Of a stretch of 64,000 bases of DNA, positions 1 to 9,985 are shown one piece after another (position 1 is the stretch's first letter; each line of letters starts with the position of its first letter). The stretch comes from an uncultured Rickettsiaceae bacterium (GTDB lineage Bacteria; Pseudomonadota; Alphaproteobacteria; Rickettsiales; Rickettsiaceae). The stretch lies in the NCBI GenBank assembly GCA_905479865.1, contig CAJQOD010000006.1:7578-71577 (forward strand). Reading direction: 5' to 3'. The notes under the pieces were generated by a model. That model saw only the letters and a program-made list of their open reading frames with translations, searched no databases and was not told where the DNA came from. The position numbers were made by a program, and so were the translations under genes.

Positions 1-56
1 ATCCTGCTCAAGTCAGCAACAGAAGTTCCGCCAAATTTTTGGATAATTATTTCCAT
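1..56 (-). CDS. lysC: Aspartate kinase, N-terminal part (gene runs off the window start)
   Basis: Reverse strand from ATG at 56 reads MEIIIQKFGGTSVADLSR, containing the aspartokinase KFGGTSV signature. Confidence 0.85.
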   Translation of the reverse strand, partial: MEIIIQKFGGTSVADLSR

Positions 57-265
57 GATGTGGTGTATAAGGGAATAAAGTTTTGGTAATACTATCAGTT
101 TGTAAGTCTAAATCATGGCATGAAGGTAAGTTTAAGTAATAGAAGTAATTATATACTATTAATTACAGAGGGTAAAGATATAAAAACTAGCGAAGAAAGC
201 TGGAATCGGTTACTGAGTTATTTAGAGGTATTATTAGGGTAATATTGAAAAATGCTTGGAAAACA

Positions 266-290
266 GCCGGGCTTTTTCAACAAGCCCGGC
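266..290 (-). terminator. Probable intrinsic terminator downstream of the pyrimidine-dimer glycosylase gene
   Basis: GCCGGGCTT (266-274) / AAGCCCGGC (282-290) perfect 9-bp stem; the minus strand continues TGTTTT. Confidence 0.55.
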
Positions 291-369
291 CGATATCTGG
301 AAAAACACTGACCTTATATTTGATTTTCTTTAGGATCAAAAAATACTTTACTGTGCGTTTAAAAAACTG

Positions 370-801
370 TTATATGACTTCCCAATCTGCAACACCTCCA
401 TCTACTATATAAAATAAAGGATGAGTTTCAGGAGTTGTAATATCTTTAATTAAGTTGAGTTTTTCAGGATTACGATGTTGCAATTTCTTCTTTAGATGCG
501 TCATTTCATACATCAGTTGGCCGTTGTTGACAGAAAGTTTTTCTATATTGATGGCATTTGTTATTATTTTAGATTTGTTAAAATTATAACCTCTAATAAC
601 AGCTTCCTCATAAATTTTGGTTAAATAGAACCCTATTAAATCAATAGGCAAAGGATTTATTTTAAAGCGATTAAGTTGAGGGTGATTTGCATAGGCTTTG
701 GTTTTACCCAGGAGTACCTTTTGTGCAAGTAATGATTCACGCCAAAGAGCTACTAAACCACTAGTATCCAGGTATTTAGGATGTATAGACCATAATCGCA
801 T
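370..801 (-). CDS. Pyrimidine dimer DNA glycosylase / T4 endonuclease V-like protein
   Basis: MRLWSIHPKYLD..GLVALWRE..LAQKVL..Y.NHPQL..F matches the Pyr_excise family; ATG at 801 preferred over TTG at 810. Confidence 0.85.
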   Translation of the reverse strand: MRLWSIHPKYLDTSGLVALWRESLLAQKVLLGKTKAYANHPQLNRFKINPLPIDLIGFYLTKIYEEAVIRGYNFNKSKIITNAINIEKLSVNNGQLMYEMTHLKKKLQHRNPEKLNLIKDITTPETHPLFYIVDGGVADWEVI

Positions 802-1182
802 ACGAAACAAAAATTATATTTAAGATACTCACAAACGGTAGATTGATAACAAGATCAAGATGTTTTGCATTCTTTCGCTTAGTTTATCCATACAGGCTTT
901 GAGGGAGTACGCATACATCATATTTGGTGATATTGCTAATGATTATACTAAATCATATACTAACCGGCAACTAATTTTGAATTTGAATAGTATTTTTTTA
1001 ATTTCTTCAAAATATAGATATTTTCATATTTTTTAAAAATATTGCCGATTTCTAGAATTGTTACTGAAGAGTTGAAAACAAATTAACTTGTATCAATTTA
1101 CCTGGGGTTTTTGAAGTATAATCTTTAGATTTACAAGTGTGTTATTCTAAATTATCCTAAGACAAAAATTAAGCTACTGTAT

Positions 1183-1923
1183 ATGTCAATGTCTAATAAA
1201 TCTTCCATCGATCAGCAGGAGCTGAAAAAATTCAATAAAACCGATCAGGAATGGTGGGATCAAGATGGTGAATTTAAAGCCCTACATGCCATTAATCCTG
1301 TACGAATTGAGTATATAACCTCTATCATTGGCAAGCATTTTGGAGTAATTGATAACAAAAAATCTTCGCTTAGTGGTTTAAAACTCATTGATATTGGTTG
1401 TGGTGGAGGGTTGATATGCGCACCAATGTCTGAGCTTGGTGCAGAGGTGACAGGGCTGGATGCAAATGAGCATAATATAAAAGCGGCTACTTCGTATGCA
1501 GAACGTAATAAGCTAAATATCAAATATATAAATAATACAGTTGAAGAACATATCAAATCGCCTAAAAAATATGATATTGTGCTATGTCTTGAGGTAATAG
1601 AGCATGTAGCCAACCAAAAAGAGTTTGTTAATAATATTAGCAAGTTATTAGCACCTGGTGGAATAGTAATTTTCTCAACTATCAATAGAACAAAGAAAGC
1701 TTACCTTCTAGCAATTGTCATGGCTGAATATGTTCTGGGATGGGTTCCAAGACAAACTCATAACTATTCCAGGTTTGTCAAGCCATCCGAATTTGTTCGT
1801 ATGATGCAGGATACCAGGTTGCGCCTGGGTGAACTTAAAGGACTATCTTTATCTGTGTCGTCGCAAAATTGGCATCTGTCAGATGACATTGATGTGAATT
1901 ATTTTGCTGTGTTTACTAATTAG
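1183..1923 (+). CDS. ubiG: Ubiquinone biosynthesis O-methyltransferase
   Basis: WWD..GEFKALHAINPVR, SAM motif IDIGCGGG, LEVIEHV, STINRT. Confidence 0.95.
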   Translation: MSMSNKSSIDQQELKKFNKTDQEWWDQDGEFKALHAINPVRIEYITSIIGKHFGVIDNKKSSLSGLKLIDIGCGGGLICAPMSELGAEVTGLDANEHNIKAATSYAERNKLNIKYINNTVEEHIKSPKKYDIVLCLEVIEHVANQKEFVNNISKLLAPGGIVIFSTINRTKKAYLLAIVMAEYVLGWVPRQTHNYSRFVKPSEFVRMMQDTRLRLGELKGLSLSVSSQNWHLSDDIDVNYFAVFTN

Positions 1924-1969
1924 CATGTTATAGTACTGATCTCTATTTCTTATAAATGAGACTAAGACC

Positions 1970-2602
1970 ATGACTTTACCAGAAAATCCTAAATTATTAT
2001 CATTTCTGAACAAGCTTTTTGATACTAATACAGAGTTTGCAAATGCGCATGATGATAAGTTTTTTGCCAGTTTTCAGGATAGTCAAAATCCTAAATTAAC
2101 CATTTTGAAATGCTCGGATTCCAGAGTGCAGATGGAATCATTTGATAAAACTCCACAAAATGATATTTTTGCCATTCGAAATATTGGTAATCAGATTACA
2201 ACTAGTGAAGGTTCAATAGATTTTGGAGTACGTATTTTAAAAACTCCATTTCTTCTGATTATAGGTCACTCTGGATGTGGTGCTATTGAGACTGTACTTT
2301 CAGGAAAGAAAACACAAATACCAATGATTGATCGTGAATTAAGTTCCATGAACCTTAAATCCAAATATATGGAAGAAGCTATCGTTGAGAATATCAATGC
2401 TCAGGTCGAGCGTGCCATGGAAAAATATCAATCTATTGTTGATGCAGGTGATTTGACAGTTATTGGGGCAGTCTATGATTTTAAAAACGATTTTGGCTTT
2501 GGGCAAGGCAGGGTAGTGTTGACCAATATTAATGGCATAACCGATCGCCAGCAGGTAAAAGATAAATACGCCGCTAAAGTTGCTAACTTGCATTTTTTAT
2601 AG
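1970..2602 (+). CDS. Beta-class carbonic anhydrase
   Basis: Zn ligands CSDSR and GHSGCGA, plus RNIGN motif. Confidence 0.88.
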   Translation: MTLPENPKLLSFLNKLFDTNTEFANAHDDKFFASFQDSQNPKLTILKCSDSRVQMESFDKTPQNDIFAIRNIGNQITTSEGSIDFGVRILKTPFLLIIGHSGCGAIETVLSGKKTQIPMIDRELSSMNLKSKYMEEAIVENINAQVERAMEKYQSIVDAGDLTVIGAVYDFKNDFGFGQGRVVLTNINGITDRQQVKDKYAAKVANLHFL

Positions 2603-2653
2603 ACGGTGCGATTTGGCTATATTTAATGAAATAATACATGACTTAATACTGTT

Positions 2654-3355
2654 TTAAGCATCAATAACAAGTAGGGAATAGATAGAAAAATAGTGAGATG
2701 TACTACCTCCAAGGACAAAAAGATGCCAAATTGAGTGGTTGAATGGTAATTTTTCCCAAAAATAGAATATCACGCCTACAGTATAGAACAAACCTCCAGC
2801 AATTAATAAATAAAGACTTTTTGCTGGAATGTAGATAATTAATTCGTCTAATACAATGATTATTAACCACCCCATTAGCAAATAATTTGTAAATGCTATT
2901 TTTTGCAATATTTTATGTTTACTGAATTTAAAAACACAGCTAATAATAACCAAACCCCAGATTACTTTTAGCATTATCAAGCCAACAGCACTTTCAATAC
3001 TGACTAACATAAAGGGAGAATAGGTGCCGGCTATTAAAAAATATATGGATAAGTGGTCAATTTTTTTAAAGAATTTATTAAATTTTGTATTAGCGAAAGA
3101 ATGATAGAGTGTTGATGCAAGATAGAGAGCAGTTAAAGTGCTGCTAAAGATCACATAGCTCACTAAATGCATATCTGTGCCGCTTGAACTAGCCTGTTTA
3201 CAGAGAATAATAAAGCCCACTATACTAAATAGAGTACCGGCACCATGAGTGATGATATTGAGTAATTCTTCTTTAAAACTATACTCAGAAATACGGATGC
3301 TAGCGTTATTTGCCATTAAGTGCTTGTCGCAATTTATATTATTTGTGTTATCCAT
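2654..3355 (-). CDS. Hemolysin III / PAQR family membrane protein
   Basis: EELLNIITHG, STLYH, DHLSIYFLIAGTYSP and HSIWHLFVLGG motifs; about 7 hydrophobic segments; start uncertain (3382/3355). Confidence 0.9.
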   Translation of the reverse strand: MDNTNNINCDKHLMANNASIRISEYSFKEELLNIITHGAGTLFSIVGFIILCKQASSSGTDMHLVSYVIFSSTLTALYLASTLYHSFANTKFNKFFKKIDHLSIYFLIAGTYSPFMLVSIESAVGLIMLKVIWGLVIISCVFKFSKHKILQKIAFTNYLLMGWLIIIVLDELIIYIPAKSLYLLIAGGLFYTVGVIFYFWEKLPFNHSIWHLFVLGGSTSHYFSIYSLLVIDA

Positions 3356-3574
3356 TCTCTGCTTTTTTATGATTCGTTTCAAGCATTAAAAATATGTAAT
3401 AATAATTATTTTCCTCCTAAAGTTCATAAAAACCCGCTATTGTAAAACTTTTTGAGAGTACTACAATCCATTTAGTGTGTTTCGGTATGTCGTAAATATT
3501 CAAGTTAAGAGCTTGTTGTTAACCTGAAACAACCCAATTCAGGTTTTAGCAGAAAAAGGAAATGCTGCCAATTA

Positions 3575-6500
3575 CTACCGTTTAACGGCGATCTCTAACA
3601 TTTGGTCAAGTAATGATGCCTGAGTTTTATAGTCTGCGTCAAAATCTGTCGCAAATTCACTCAAAGTTTGTTCGGAAATAAATTTACCATGTGCAGCAAG
3701 CACCGTTGTTAAGTCAAAATTTGATTTTAATTCAAGCTTTATTCTGTTTGAAACATCAAACCCTGCACTTTTACGTGCCTGTTGAACCAGTCTGATGATA
3801 TCTCTGGCTATACCTTCATCCTCCAACTCTTTAGTAATAGCAATATCCAGCCATATCATTCCCTGATTATTTGTAAGTGACTTTGCACCGGTTGCTGCTC
3901 TTGGCTCAAGGATTAAAGAATATTCTGCAGGTAATAATTTCTCGCCAGCTATTGTTAGACTATTTCCGTCATGTTGCCATTTTTCCTGTTTTGACAAGGC
4001 AATGATTTTTTTCATTTTTTGTGGCAATCTTTTGCCAAGTACGGGGAAGTTTATAGATAATTTTTTATCAGCGTTGTTTATTAAATCATTGCTATAACTT
4101 ATTGATTTTACGTTGATTTCATCTTTAATTAAATCTTCAAAAACCTTAAACGCACCGCTATTTTCGGTAATAATTTTAAGGCTGGCAAGTGGTTGCCTGA
4201 CTCTTATATTTTCAGCGCTTCTGATGAATAATGCAGTGCTGCAGATATCCAGTACCTGATCCATAACATGCACCAGTTCTGTATCGACTGTAATTTTATC
4301 CAGAATCGGAAAATTCGTTAAATGCACACTATCTTCTTTAGATTCATTGCCGGTAAGTCCTAAATATATATGCTCAGATATTAACGGCAATAATGATGAC
4401 ATAGCTTTGGTTATTGTGCATAAAGTAGTATATAGGGTATTATAGGCAGTTATCTTGTCCTGATCTTTTTCAGACTTCCAAAAGCGACTACGGCTTCTTC
4501 TGATGTACCAATTATTTAGTACTTCAAAGAAGTCAGAGATTGCTTCATAAGCGGACTGGCTATCGAATGCGTCCATGTGTGTTTCTATAGCATTCACGGT
4601 TAGTTTGAGCTTGGAGAGAATATAACGATCAAGGACATTCTTTGAATCAAACGAAATTTTAGCCTTAACCATATCGCTATTAGCATACAAACAGAAGAAA
4701 TGATAGGAGTTCCAAATAGGCTTGATAAAAAGACGTAAGATATCGAAAACCATCTTACCTTCTTTATCTATAAGCAATTCCTGGCCTTTGACAACGCTCG
4801 AAGAAAGCATAGTGACTCTTAGAGCATCTGAACCGTATTGCTCAAAAAGCTCAATCGGGTCAGCGTAATTATTCAGACGTTTGGATAATTTTTGCCCAGT
4901 TGAATCAAGAATCACCCCGTGACATATACAATTCAGGAAAGGAGGGCGGTCAAACAGGGCAGTTGAGAGTACCATTAAAGTATAAAACCAGCCTCTGGTT
5001 TGCGCAGAATATTCAACGATAAAATCTGCGGGAAAGTGATTCTCAAACCATTCTTTATTTTCAAATGGATAATGTACTTGGCCATACGGCATAGACCCAC
5101 TTTCAAACCAGCAATCAAACACGTCGCTAACTCGTCGCATCATTGATTTGCCAGTCGGATCATCAGGATTTGGACGGGTTAAATTATCGATATATGGTTT
5201 ATGTAGATCATCTACTTTAACGCCAAAATCTTTTTTCAGTTCCTCGATTGATCCATAAACATCTATCCTTGGATAAGTAGGGTCATCAGATTTCCAAACA
5301 GGTATTGGCGTACCCCAAAAGCGATTTCTACTAATGGACCAATCACGTGCATTCTCTAACCATTTGCCAAATAAATTATCCTTAACATTGCCAGGTATCC
5401 AATTGATTTTCTGGTTTAATTCTACCATTCTATCTTTGAATGCAGTAACTTTAACATACCATGAAGGCACAGCTTTATAGATTAGTGGTGTATCGGTTCT
5501 CCAGCAATGCGGGTAGTTGTGGATATATTGTTCGGTCTTTATCCAGTTTCCTTGCTCTTTAAGTTTGATGATAATAGGATCATTTGCATCAAATACCTGC
5601 ATGTCTGCAAAATCAGCTACTTCGCTAGTGAATTTTCCTGCATTATCAACGGGGCAAACCAGCTCAATACCTTTCTTTTGGCAAACTACCTGATCATCTT
5701 CACCAAAACCCGGTGCCAAATGTACAATACCTGTCCCATCACCTTCAACGACAAAATCTGCGCTGAATATTTTGAAGCTGTTTGGATGATCTTTAAAATA
5801 GTTAAATAATGGTTTGTAGGTAAGTCCACAGAGCTTATCACCTTTCATTATATCAAACTTGGTCTCATCATCAATTCCCAATTCTTTTGCATAAGTTTTA
5901 ACAGCAAAGCTGGCTATAACATAACAAACATCATCTTTAATTACGCAGGCATAATCCATTTTACTACCAACCCCGAGTGCCAGGTTTGAAGGTAATGTCC
6001 ATGGTGTTGTGGTCCAGGCAAGAATTCTATACTCGCTGCATCCGTCTGGTGCGCCGGCTGGTTTGCTATCAAGTTCAAATGACACAGTGACGGCTTTATC
6101 AGCGCGCTTTCGATATGAGTTATCAAGTCTGGTTTCAAAATTGGAAAGCGGTGTTTCACATGCCCATGAATATGGCATCACTCGCATGGATTCATAGATT
6201 AAGCCTTTTTTGTATAGCTCTTTGAATGCCCAAAGTACGGATTCCATAAAGCTTTTATCCATGGTTTTATAGGAGTTTTTAAAATCCACCCATCTTGCCT
6301 GACGATTTACATATTTTTCCCAATTATGCGAGTATTTCATTACTGAGCTACGGCAGTGATCATTGAATTTATCGACCCCATATTCATTGATTGCAATACG
6401 TCCGGAAAAGCCCAGTTCTTTTTCAGCACCCATTTCAGCAGGTAGGCCGTGGCAATCCCAGCCGAAGCGGCGTTCGACTTTTTTACCTTTTGTTGTTTGA

Positions 6501-6742
6501 TAGCGGGCATATACATCTTTAATAAATCCCGTCAATAGATGCCCGTAATGTGGTAAGCCGTTAGCAAATGGCGGGCCGTCATAAAAGACAAACTCGTTAT
6601 TTTTAGCATCCTTAACGGACTCTCTATTATCAACTGATTTTTGGAAAATATTATTTTCCTGCCAATATTTTAATATTTCATTTTCAATTTCCGGAAAATC
6701 CGCATTTGATTTAACTTCCGGGTAATATTTTTGTTCTGTCAT
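3575..6742 (-). CDS. ileS: Isoleucine--tRNA ligase, type 2
   Basis: DGPPFANGLPHYGH, GWDCHGLP, WTTTPWTLP, DWSISRNRFWG, KLSKR; 1055 aa. Confidence 0.97.
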   Translation of the reverse strand: MTEQKYYPEVKSNADFPEIENEILKYWQENNIFQKSVDNRESVKDAKNNEFVFYDGPPFANGLPHYGHLLTGFIKDVYARYQTTKGKKVERRFGWDCHGLPAEMGAEKELGFSGRIAINEYGVDKFNDHCRSSVMKYSHNWEKYVNRQARWVDFKNSYKTMDKSFMESVLWAFKELYKKGLIYESMRVMPYSWACETPLSNFETRLDNSYRKRADKAVTVSFELDSKPAGAPDGCSEYRILAWTTTPWTLPSNLALGVGSKMDYACVIKDDVCYVIASFAVKTYAKELGIDDETKFDIMKGDKLCGLTYKPLFNYFKDHPNSFKIFSADFVVEGDGTGIVHLAPGFGEDDQVVCQKKGIELVCPVDNAGKFTSEVADFADMQVFDANDPIIIKLKEQGNWIKTEQYIHNYPHCWRTDTPLIYKAVPSWYVKVTAFKDRMVELNQKINWIPGNVKDNLFGKWLENARDWSISRNRFWGTPIPVWKSDDPTYPRIDVYGSIEELKKDFGVKVDDLHKPYIDNLTRPNPDDPTGKSMMRRVSDVFDCWFESGSMPYGQVHYPFENKEWFENHFPADFIVEYSAQTRGWFYTLMVLSTALFDRPPFLNCICHGVILDSTGQKLSKRLNNYADPIELFEQYGSDALRVTMLSSSVVKGQELLIDKEGKMVFDILRLFIKPIWNSYHFFCLYANSDMVKAKISFDSKNVLDRYILSKLKLTVNAIETHMDAFDSQSAYEAISDFFEVLNNWYIRRSRSRFWKSEKDQDKITAYNTLYTTLCTITKAMSSLLPLISEHIYLGLTGNESKEDSVHLTNFPILDKITVDTELVHVMDQVLDICSTALFIRSAENIRVRQPLASLKIITENSGAFKVFEDLIKDEINVKSISYSNDLINNADKKLSINFPVLGKRLPQKMKKIIALSKQEKWQHDGNSLTIAGEKLLPAEYSLILEPRAATGAKSLTNNQGMIWLDIAITKELEDEGIARDIIRLVQQARKSAGFDVSNRIKLELKSNFDLTTVLAAHGKFISEQTLSEFATDFDADYKTQASLLDQMLEIAVKR

Positions 6743-6763
6743 GATTTTTTACTAAAGTTTTTT

Positions 6764-7393
6764 TTAAGAAAAGATTCGCAGGATAGGAATGTCTTCTATC
6801 TTGGGCAAATTAATTTTGTTTTTAAAACTAGCGATATTGATAATATTATCAAGTGCATTTTTAATAAATTCCCTGGTGGCTTGATGGTTTTTCGAATCAT
6901 CAGCAAAATAAAATGCCCGGGCTGACAGGTATACAGGAAGAAGTAGCCCCCTTTTTGTGTAATAGTTAAAGTCTGTGGATTTGTCACCGGCATATTTCCA
7001 TATCAGATCACATGTATGACATGCAGACTCATTTCCAGCTAAGATATTTGTTGGTATCATAAAGAAGGCACTATTATTGAGAGCAACATTTTTTGAAACA
7101 ACTTCCATGATTCTGATCTCTAGCGCAAGGGCAATTTGCTTGCGTATTTTTTTAGGTTTTTCTATTTTTTCCAGCATATTAATCATTATTTGATCCTGCC
7201 AGGATTCAAACTCCTGTAGCATTTGAGCTTTTCCTTCTGCAAAAATTATATGATGATAGCCTGTGGTAAAGCCACAATTAGTTTCAGCTTTATATATGAT
7301 TTCATCTGACCAGCTGCCTGTTTCAAGGAGTCTTGCAAATTCCCTGAACAGTTTGATCCTGCATGCTGCATGTTTGCTTGCAAAGTCAGTCAT
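6764..7393 (-). CDS. COQ9 family protein (rpsU-divergent)
   Basis: IW..AGD.STDFNYYTKR..L..VY motif; divergent from rpsU. Confidence 0.88.
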   Translation of the reverse strand: MTDFASKHAACRIKLFREFARLLETGSWSDEIIYKAETNCGFTTGYHHIIFAEGKAQMLQEFESWQDQIMINMLEKIEKPKKIRKQIALALEIRIMEVVSKNVALNNSAFFMIPTNILAGNESACHTCDLIWKYAGDKSTDFNYYTKRGLLLPVYLSARAFYFADDSKNHQATREFIKNALDNIINIASFKNKINLPKIEDIPILRIFS

Positions 7394-7409
7394 TATTCCA
7401 CCTTTTTGC

Positions 7410-7473
7410 TTGACTTAAAGCATAACTATATAGATAATAAACATTTAATTCAACAAAATGCCTGTAAGGAGGT
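7410..7473 (+). promoter_or_regulatory. Sigma70-type promoter and strong SD for rpsU
   Basis: TTGACT (7410) - 17 bp - GATAAT; AAGGAGGT upstream of GTG at 7482. Confidence 0.5.
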
Positions 7474-7481
7474 AATATCTA

Positions 7482-7685
7482 GTGGCCGTATTAATTAGTG
7501 TTCATGGTGGAAATGGCGAAAAAGCAATCAGAGATCTTAAAAGAAAGATGCAAAGAGAGCTTGTTTTTCGTCGGATGAAGATGTCCCGTTTTTATGAACC
7601 CCCTTCCGCAAGAAGAGTACGCGAAAAGCAGGAAGCTGAAAGACGCATAAGAAAAAATAATCGCAGAAGAAGACTGGAAAGCTAG
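7482..7685 (+). CDS. rpsU: 30S ribosomal protein S21
   Basis: EKAIRDLKRKMQRE..F..MK...FYEPPS; basic 67 aa. Confidence 0.95.
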   Translation: MAVLISVHGGNGEKAIRDLKRKMQRELVFRRMKMSRFYEPPSARRVREKQEAERRIRKNNRRRRLES

Positions 7686-7704
7686 TTTAGACTGATGCGA
7701 CTTT

Positions 7705-7744
7705 ACAATGCAGAGGTTAATGTAATAGCCCCTGCATTGTTTTA
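7705..7744 (+). terminator. Intrinsic terminator after rpsU
   Basis: ACAATGCAG...CTGCATTGT stem followed by T residues. Confidence 0.65.
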
Positions 7745-7885
7745 ATCTCAAACGAATTTGTCTCTTAGCAGTGCTTCCGATGACTCAGTTGATTGGATTA
7801 TCTATTTTAATTGATTAATAATTGTTAATGTATAAGTGTACCTATCGCAATTTTTTTCTTTTTATTTAGTTTTTGAACTTTTGCA

Positions 7886-7914
7886 TTGAAGTTATGTACG
7901 TAATATGGTACGCT
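7886..7914 (+). promoter_or_regulatory. yefM-yoeB promoter with overlapping operator
   Basis: TTGAAG - 17 bp - TACGCT; two GTAC cores (7896, 7908) 12 bp apart, as in the YefM operator. Confidence 0.65.
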
Positions 7915-7952
7915 AGAAATGTTAACAAAAACGTATTTAATCAGAGAAATGT

Positions 7953-8198
7953 ATGAGTATTGTCACCGTTACAGAAGCTAGAGCCAAACTATTTCAACTT
8001 GTCGATCAAACGAACTCAAGCCATGAGCCTATTCATATCAAAGGGAAGAGGTGTAATGCAGTTATTATGTCTGAAGAAGATTACAATTCATTACAGGAAA
8101 CAGTCTATTTAAATTCTATACCTGGTATGGCGCAGTCTATTGTTGATGCTAGTAAAGAACCGCTAGAAGATTGTGTTGAATGGACTGATGATCTATAA
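7953..8198 (+). CDS. yefM: Type II antitoxin, Phd/YefM family
   Basis: TVTEARAKLFQLVD..HEPI.I.GKR.NAV.MSEEDYNSLQET.YL. Confidence 0.92.
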   Translation: MSIVTVTEARAKLFQLVDQTNSSHEPIHIKGKRCNAVIMSEEDYNSLQETVYLNSIPGMAQSIVDASKEPLEDCVEWTDDL

Positions 8199-8445
8199 GA
8201 TTGCATTAACAAAACAAGCTTTAAAAGATTTACAAAACCTAAAAGCAGCTAATTTGATAAGTAAAGCTATAAAAATACGTGACATATTAGCGGTTAATCC
8301 TTATGAATTACCTTATAAAAAATTATCAGGTAATTTAGCAGGTAAATATTCAAGACGTATTAACTATAAGCATCGCATAATCTATGAAGTATTGGAAGAA
8401 ATAAAAGTAGTAAAAATCTTGCGAATGTGGTCTCATTACGAATAG
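8188..8445 (+). CDS. yoeB: Type II toxin, Txe/YoeB family
   Basis: KL.GNLAGKYSRRINYKHRIIY...MWSHYE; overlaps the antitoxin stop; ATG at 8188 preferred. Confidence 0.9.
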   Translation: MIYKIALTKQALKDLQNLKAANLISKAIKIRDILAVNPYELPYKKLSGNLAGKYSRRINYKHRIIYEVLEEIKVVKILRMWSHYE

Positions 8446-8547
8446 TGCTGCCTTAGTAGAACAGTATCTATTAAATCCTAATAACGTTGAAATATTTCTC
8501 TAGATCGAAGCCACGCCCGGAATAATTTAAGGCAATATAGAAATTTT

Positions 8548-9366
8548 CTAACTGCCTAGTACATATACAAAGATAAACAGGAATAACCATACAACGTCTA
8601 CGAAATGCCAATACCAGGCAGCAAATTCAAAACCAAGATGTCCATTTCCTTTTGCAAAATGTCCCTTTTTAGCCCTGAAATAGCATACTGTAAGAAAGAT
8701 TGTTCCAACAATCACATGCAGGCCGTGAAAGCCGGTTGCTAAATAAAAGTTGGCAGCATAGACACCATCATTCAGATTAAATGCGGCATGATGATATTCA
8801 TAAGCCTGCAAAGTGCTGAAAGTAATGCCAAGTAGTACTGTGATTCCAAGAGCAGTTACAGAGCTTTCCTGGTCGTTATGTTCAATGGCATGGTGTGCCC
8901 AGGTTACTGTCGTGCCTGATAGAAGCAGAATTAGTGTGTTGATAAATGGTATATCCCACGGATCAAAAGTTTTTATGCCTTCCGGCGGCCAGGTGCCATC
9001 AGCTATAACCCAGAAACCATCGAGGATTCCAGCAGGAAAGAGGCTGGCAGAGAAAAAGGAAAAGAAAAACGCAAAAAAGAACATTACTTCAGAGAGGATA
9101 AATAATGACATCCCAATTCTAAGACCCATTCTAACTGCCTTGGTATGATGTTTACCATCCCTGCCTTCCGTAATAACGTCACGCCACCAATTCCAGGCAC
9201 AGTAAATAACTGTCAATACTCCAAAGCCTGTGAGAAGTTTACCGGCAGGATATTCATGCATGAACATAACCAAGCCAAGCGTTAAGGCCAGTAGCGAGAA
9301 AGCCGTTAGAATAGGCCAGTAACTCAGTTCAACTAAATGATAAGGATGTTTTTGATTCATACTCAT
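8548..9366 (-). CDS. coxC: Cytochrome c oxidase subunit III
   Basis: HPYHLV, LFILSEVMFF, TGFHGLHV, AAWYWHFVDVVWLFLF. Confidence 0.97.
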   Translation of the reverse strand: MSMNQKHPYHLVELSYWPILTAFSLLALTLGLVMFMHEYPAGKLLTGFGVLTVIYCAWNWWRDVITEGRDGKHHTKAVRMGLRIGMSLFILSEVMFFFAFFFSFFSASLFPAGILDGFWVIADGTWPPEGIKTFDPWDIPFINTLILLLSGTTVTWAHHAIEHNDQESSVTALGITVLLGITFSTLQAYEYHHAAFNLNDGVYAANFYLATGFHGLHVIVGTIFLTVCYFRAKKGHFAKGNGHLGFEFAAWYWHFVDVVWLFLFIFVYVLGS

Positions 9367-9445
9367 TGTCAGTTTTAATTCAGGTAGTTTATTTCATCTG
9401 ATTATTATAGGCAAAATAATAGGCTAGAGTCTATTATTTATTGAT

Positions 9446-9982
9446 CTATTCAACATCCCTGACCTTAAAGAAGCTATAGGATAGGGTAATTCTGTCAACA
9501 TCTTGCATTTGAGGGTCATTTTCGATTTCCGGGTCTATAAAAAATGAAACAGGCATCAGAACCTTTTGCCTGCCTTTAAGTAACTGTTCTTCAAAACAGA
9601 AACAATGAATTTTTACAAAATATTTTCCTGCTTTTAAAGGAGTAACATTATATATTGAAGTACCAATAATATCATGTTCACTGAGATTTTCAGACTCATA
9701 AAATATTAGAGTATTCTCTCCTGTGATTACTTCGGTACTACGATGTTTTGGTATAAATCTCCAGGGTAAATTTTTATCAACATTTGCATCAAACTCGACC
9801 TTTATTTTACGAGTTCCTTTTTCAACTTTGATGTACGGATTAGCCCTCTGGGTTGTACCCCCAAATCCGGTTGCTTTACAGAACAGGTTGTAAATTGGCA
9901 CTGAAGCAAAGGTTAGTAGTATCATACTAGCTAGCAAGGCAACAATAGAAAGTGCAATATTTGTATTCGACCTATTTTCCAT
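9446..9982 (-). CDS. ctaG: Cytochrome c oxidase assembly protein CtaG/Cox11
   Basis: [34 protein letters not shown]. Confidence 0.95.
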   Translation of the reverse strand: MENRSNTNIALSIVALLASMILLTFASVPIYNLFCKATGFGGTTQRANPYIKVEKGTRKIKVEFDANVDKNLPWRFIPKHRSTEVITGENTLIFYESENLSEHDIIGTSIYNVTPLKAGKYFVKIHCFCFEEQLLKGRQKVLMPVSFFIDPEIENDPQMQDVDRITLSYSFFKVRDVE

Positions 9983-9985
9983 GCA

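Noticed and set aside
828-921. 30-codon minus-strand ORF (MMYAYSLKACMDKLSERMQNILILLSIYRL) upstream of the glycosylase gene
   Set aside because: No SD, motif or homology evidence; could arise by chance
8500-8520. TAGATCGAAGCCACG resembling an RPE-4 remnant; also GTCATTGCAAG near 29801
   Set aside because: Too short and degenerate to support
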